From NCBI GenBank assembly GCA_045535455.1, contig JAZSLQ010000253.1, positions 906 through 64,905 on the forward strand: a stretch of 64,000 nucleotides of DNA, written 5' to 3'. How positions within the stretch are numbered: position 1 is the stretch's first letter; every line of letters begins with the position of its first letter. Below, in pieces: positions 60,975 through 64,000 of this stretch. The translations under genes were made by a program, and so were the position numbers. Origin of the DNA: Kiritimatiellia bacterium (GTDB lineage Bacteria > Verrucomicrobiota > Kiritimatiellia > RFP12 > UBA1067). The notes under the pieces were generated by a model. The model searched no databases, had not been told where the DNA came from, and saw only the letters and a program-made list of their open reading frames with translations.

Positions 60975-61808
60975 ATGTACTATCTCAACAAGATAATCGG
61001 TTTTCTTGTAAGTCCAATTGGGGGTGCGATTGCAGGAGGCATTGCCGCGGTTGTCTGTGCGCGGCTGGGGCGTAAGCGTCTCGCCAAATGGCTCGGTGGG
61101 CTTACGGTCGCATGGTTGTGGCTCTGGATGACGCCGATCATGACATGGGTTGTCGGCGTGCCGCTTGAGCGCGAATTTCTTGTCGACGGAAGGGTGCCGG
61201 CGGTTGAGACATTTTCGGAGACTGACGCTATCGTGCTTCTTGGCGGAAGCATGGGAGTCGAGACGAATCTAAGCCAGTATGCCGAGATGTGGACAAGCGC
61301 GGATCGTGTATGGCAGGCGGCGCGGCTCTACAAGGCAGGGAAGTCGAGTAAGATTATCGCGACTGGAGACTATGCGAAGGATACGACGCTGCCGCTGCTG
61401 AAGGAGTTTGGAGTGGGGGAAGAGACGGTGTCGTTTCTCGATGCGAGGACTACGGAGGAAGAGGCGAAGGGGATTAGGGAATTATTTAGCCGTGTAGAAC
61501 ATGTAGATCGTGTAGATGGGGGGATTGGCAGCCGCAAAGAACGCAAAGATGATAGTCGTGTAGAAGGGGGAGAGGTGAAGGTATTTTTGGTGACGAGTGC
61601 GTGGCACATGAAGCGAGCGAGGTTGATGTTCAATAAGTATGCGCCAGAGATTGAGGTTGTCTGTGCGCCAGCGGACTTCGAGAATACTTTTATGGCATGT
61701 CAGACGCCTTTCTTTAAGGTTGTCCTACCTGACTCAACAATATTTTACTTGAACTCCGTTGCTTTTCACGAGTGGGTAGGTATTGTTGGGTATTCGATTT
61801 TCAGATAA
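60975..61808 (+). CDS. DUF218 (YdcF/ElyC-like) protein with an in-frame repeat insertion
   Basis: 277 aa with N-terminal TM helices and the DUF218 motif FLVTSAWHMKRA. A 9-bp-periodic repeat block sits just upstream of this motif. Confidence 0.75.
   Translation: MYYLNKIIGFLVSPIGGAIAGGIAAVVCARLGRKRLAKWLGGLTVAWLWLWMTPIMTWVVGVPLEREFLVDGRVPAVETFSETDAIVLLGGSMGVETNLSQYAEMWTSADRVWQAARLYKAGKSSKIIATGDYAKDTTLPLLKEFGVGEETVSFLDARTTEEEAKGIRELFSRVEHVDRVDGGIGSRKERKDDSRVEGGEVKVFLVTSAWHMKRARLMFNKYAPEIEVVCAPADFENTFMACQTPFFKVVLPDSTIFYLNSVAFHEWVGIVGYSIFR
61488..61575 (+). repeat. Composite 9-bp-periodic repeat block (CGTGTAGA units plus a type B CGCAAAG array) inside the DUF218 gene
   Basis: CGTGTAGAaCATGTAGAtCGTGTAGAtgg (61491-61519), GCCGCAAAGAACGCAAAG (61531-61548), CGTGTAGAagg (61557-61567). 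Translated as SRVEHVDRVDGGIGSRKERKDDSRVEGG. Confidence 0.8.
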
Positions 61809-61843
61809 AATTCTCAGAGTACAGTGCGATACTGCCCTAATAC

Positions 61844-62596
61844 ATGTTGAGCTCTCCTTTATTCAGCTGCGTAATTCCAGTGAAAGGCGAAAGGCCTTTC
61901 TTTGGTGACGCTATTGATTCGCTTAAAGCTCAGGGGCTTGGCGATGGACTTGAAATCATCATTCAAGATGCAGATGTTGAACCAGATGAAGGTCAGAGCG
62001 ATGCGTTGAATAAGGGATTCGCAAAGGCGAAGGGCGCGTGGCTGTTTTGGTTGAATGCGGATGATGTCCTGCTTCCGGGAACATTGAAAAAGGTTTTGGA
62101 CAGGATTAACAAGACCGACCGTATTGAATGGATTGCAGGGAATCAGTTGTTGATCGATGATAGGGGTAGGATTCTAAAGTGTTCCATTGGTAACAAGTGG
62201 CATGATTGGCTGTACCGTCATGCGGTACCGCATGTGTATGGACCGAGCAGTTTCTTTAGGCGGGAATTGTTTGATCGTGCTGGTGGGTTTGATGTTAGCC
62301 TCAAATATTGCATGGATTGGGACCTGTGGATAAAGTTCAAGAAGGCGGGCGCACGTTTCGAGCGAATGCCAGACTATCTTTGGGCACAGCGCCAATGGGC
62401 AGGGAGCAAGACGCAACGCAAGCTAACGGTTGAAGAACTACAGGAACATCTTGCAGAAGTGAAACGCATGGCCAACTCCAATAAGTTTGAGATTACAAGT
62501 AGCGGTGTGTGGTGTACGCGAGGGGTGAGACTTTTCGGCGGCTGTTATTTGCGCGAGTTCATGGACGGCATTCGGTTGAAAGGCAAGACTCTGTGA
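61844..62596 (+). CDS. Glycosyltransferase family 2
   Basis: 250 aa. FSCVIPVKG... and WLFWLNADDVLLPG. Paralogous in pattern to the GT2 at 46779 (YLTWVNADDIMVPG). Confidence 0.75.
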   Translation: MLSSPLFSCVIPVKGERPFFGDAIDSLKAQGLGDGLEIIIQDADVEPDEGQSDALNKGFAKAKGAWLFWLNADDVLLPGTLKKVLDRINKTDRIEWIAGNQLLIDDRGRILKCSIGNKWHDWLYRHAVPHVYGPSSFFRRELFDRAGGFDVSLKYCMDWDLWIKFKKAGARFERMPDYLWAQRQWAGSKTQRKLTVEELQEHLAEVKRMANSNKFEITSSGVWCTRGVRLFGGCYLREFMDGIRLKGKTL

Positions 62597-63651
62597 AAGC
62601 GGCTGTCATACTGACTCATCCCGCACCTTACAGGGAGGCGGTGCTAAAAAGAATTAAGGAGGATACTCGCATCCAAATCGATTCTCCGTCCATTTTCTCT
62701 TGCGATTTCGGGCATCATGACATGGGGCTAGGCGAGGATTCTGCAGCAATAGCAGCAGATGTGCAGACTTTGTATCCAAGATTTTGCGATGGGCTTAAGG
62801 TTGCTTGGCGGTTGATTCGTCGATTTTCAGGGCGAAAATATGATTTTGTGGTATGGCCGGCTTATGCTCCCTGGTGGCTGACTTTTCCCGTTGCTGTACG
62901 AGCGGCATTTGGTAGGCGCTATGCCATTGCTCTTGATACGGTGAGGGAGGCGGGCGGGTTGTTCTCGCGAGCCGTAAAAAGCTGGTTTTTCCGAAAGGCC
63001 GACTTCTTGTGGGTCCCTGGACTTGCCGCGCGAAAGTATCTCGTCGGCCACTATGGAGTGCCGGGGAAGAAAATCGTTGGAGGCCTTTACATTCAAGAGT
63101 TCGTGCCACATCAACGTAGGTGCATGTGTAGTGAAGGCCCAGTCTTTTTAATGGTGGCGAATAATCGTCCGTTCCGAAGGATGGATGCCGTAGCTGATGG
63201 ATTTCGGAAATATCTTACTGAAGGCGGGAAGGGCCGTCTGATCTTTTGCGGAATGGGTACAACAGCATTTGCCAGTAGCGGCATTGAGGCGATTGAGGGT
63301 GTGTCAAGTTCTGAGCTCCCAGAGCTGTATTCAAGGGCTGATGTTTATGTGCATAATGGAGATGAGCAGTTTTCAGTAGCACTTCTTATGGGTGCTATGA
63401 CGGGATTGCCAATTCTCGCCGGGACGGATGTCGGCGCTGTTGCAGATATTTTACCCGATGACGGCAGTGCTGGTTTTAAGGTGAGCGATTGGAGTAGTCC
63501 AGATTCATGGGCTATAGCATTTAGATCTATGACAGAAAAAGCCACTTGCTGGTCTTCGATGTCCGAGGTTTCCAGCAGTCGGGCTGCGGCCTTTAATCCA
63601 AAGCGCGTGGCCGCCGAGGTTGTAGCGCTTATTTCCCAAGACAATCACTAA
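62593..63651 (+). CDS. Glycosyltransferase (GT-B, GT4-like)
   Basis: Start moved to GTG 62593 (GTGA overlap with the upstream stop), giving VKAAVILTHPAPYRE.... C-terminal pattern RADVYVHNGDEQFSVALLMGAMTGLPILAG. Confidence 0.6.
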   Translation: MKAAVILTHPAPYREAVLKRIKEDTRIQIDSPSIFSCDFGHHDMGLGEDSAAIAADVQTLYPRFCDGLKVAWRLIRRFSGRKYDFVVWPAYAPWWLTFPVAVRAAFGRRYAIALDTVREAGGLFSRAVKSWFFRKADFLWVPGLAARKYLVGHYGVPGKKIVGGLYIQEFVPHQRRCMCSEGPVFLMVANNRPFRRMDAVADGFRKYLTEGGKGRLIFCGMGTTAFASSGIEAIEGVSSSELPELYSRADVYVHNGDEQFSVALLMGAMTGLPILAGTDVGAVADILPDDGSAGFKVSDWSSPDSWAIAFRSMTEKATCWSSMSEVSSSRAAAFNPKRVAAEVVALISQDNH

Positions 63652-63663
63652 GTTTTGCTCCCG

Positions 63664-64000
63664 ATGTCTATTCTTCATATAGTGTCTGGTATGTCTGACG
63701 TCGCGAATGGAATGGTCGTCGTGGCGAAGTTGCTTGCGAAGGAACAGGGTGATGCAGAGGTGATCGATCTGAACCATGGAATACACAGAATACACGGAAG
63801 TGATGTTGAAGAAATCTGGGTGCATGGTATGTGGCTTCCGAAAGAATGGTTTGCATGCCGGAATGCATTCAAGCTTGGTAAGAAACTTGTGCGCATGACA
63901 CATGGCAGTCTGAGTCCTATTTATCTCACGCAACAGAGCCCGTTGAAAAAGCGGCTTGTTTCTTCCATTGAACGCCATTTCCTACGAAAGGCCGACAAAG
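63664..64000 (+). CDS. Glycosyltransferase family 4 (3' end outside window)
   Basis: Not in the ORF track because it runs off the window. ATG 63664, MSILHIVSGMSDVANGMVVVAKLLAKEQ...WVHGMWLP... is a GT4 N-terminal-domain-like sequence, open to base 64000. Confidence 0.6.
   Translation, partial: MSILHIVSGMSDVANGMVVVAKLLAKEQGDAEVIDLNHGIHRIHGSDVEEIWVHGMWLPKEWFACRNAFKLGKKLVRMTHGSLSPIYLTQQSPLKKRLVSSIERHFLRKADK

Noticed and set aside
55104-61575. Heptad arrays as a CRISPR array or as simple MITE/RPE insertions
   Set aside because: It is not a CRISPR array. The units are 7 nt with 1-2 nt spacers, there are no 25-40 nt spacers, and no cas genes are present. It is not a simple MITE insertion either. 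For the best pair (56429-56610) the sequence between the arms encodes the conserved family motif GWDPYPTSLRIVNW, so the arms were not brought in together as one inserted element.

Overview
64-kb window from a high-GC bacterium. Core genes are roughly 63-66% GC by eye, and I cannot assign a taxon from sequence alone. Layout: (i) 1-12.3 kb is conserved core on the + strand: CE15-like esterase (5' partial), GH2 glycosidase, argJ, TolB-like protein, gatC-gatA, cyclophilin, a GFQVGL-repeat secreted protein, DUF1015, DUF2062 and an ArfB-like GGQ protein. (ii) tRNA-Pro(TGG) lies at 12293-12369. It is followed by a mixed, lower-GC accessory stretch (12.4-24.9 kb) holding a YD-repeat-like membrane protein, an 846-aa orphan protein, a convergent two-gene module (soluble Clp-N/Clp-D2 + FtsH-AAA + M41 chimeric protease with a translationally coupled 148-aa partner), small lipoproteins and an ASCH protein. 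(iii) 24.95-28.0 kb is a regulatory module: a tyrosine recombinase, a 166-bp segment bounded by perfect 18-bp inverted repeats that carries a promoter, a NusG/UpxY-like antiterminator and a degenerate ABC/SMC-like pseudo-ATPase. (iv) 29.0 to >64.0 kb is a one-directional, mosaic surface-polysaccharide locus. It has at least three GC blocks separated by gene remnants. It contains a 2-aminoethylphosphonate module (Ppd, LicC-like NTase, AEP transaminase, cytidylyltransferase-PEP mutase fusion, YidC-TagF fusion, LtaS-like transferase), a Wzx/Wzy block with FdtA/C/B, many glycosyltransferases, two wecB paralogs, and a bi-domain oxidoreductase / heparinase-II/III-like / WbuB-like / WecB module. Strongest hunting results: (1) the recombinase-adjacent putative invertible promoter, currently ON toward the polysaccharide locus; (2) a family of CGCARAG heptad-array repeats with 8-9 bp period, embedded in frame and in both orientations in at least five consecutive genes at 55-61.6 kb. 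These form long convergent inverted-repeat pairs inside ORFs (36-bp arms, 33/36 match) and around a whole glycosyltransferase gene; (3) the chimeric AAA+/M41 protease module; (4) a recurrent TTGNNN-N18-TGGTAWAAT promoter placed 7-8 nt from ATG, predicting leaderless mRNAs. All functional calls rest on motif recognition by eye. No database search was run.
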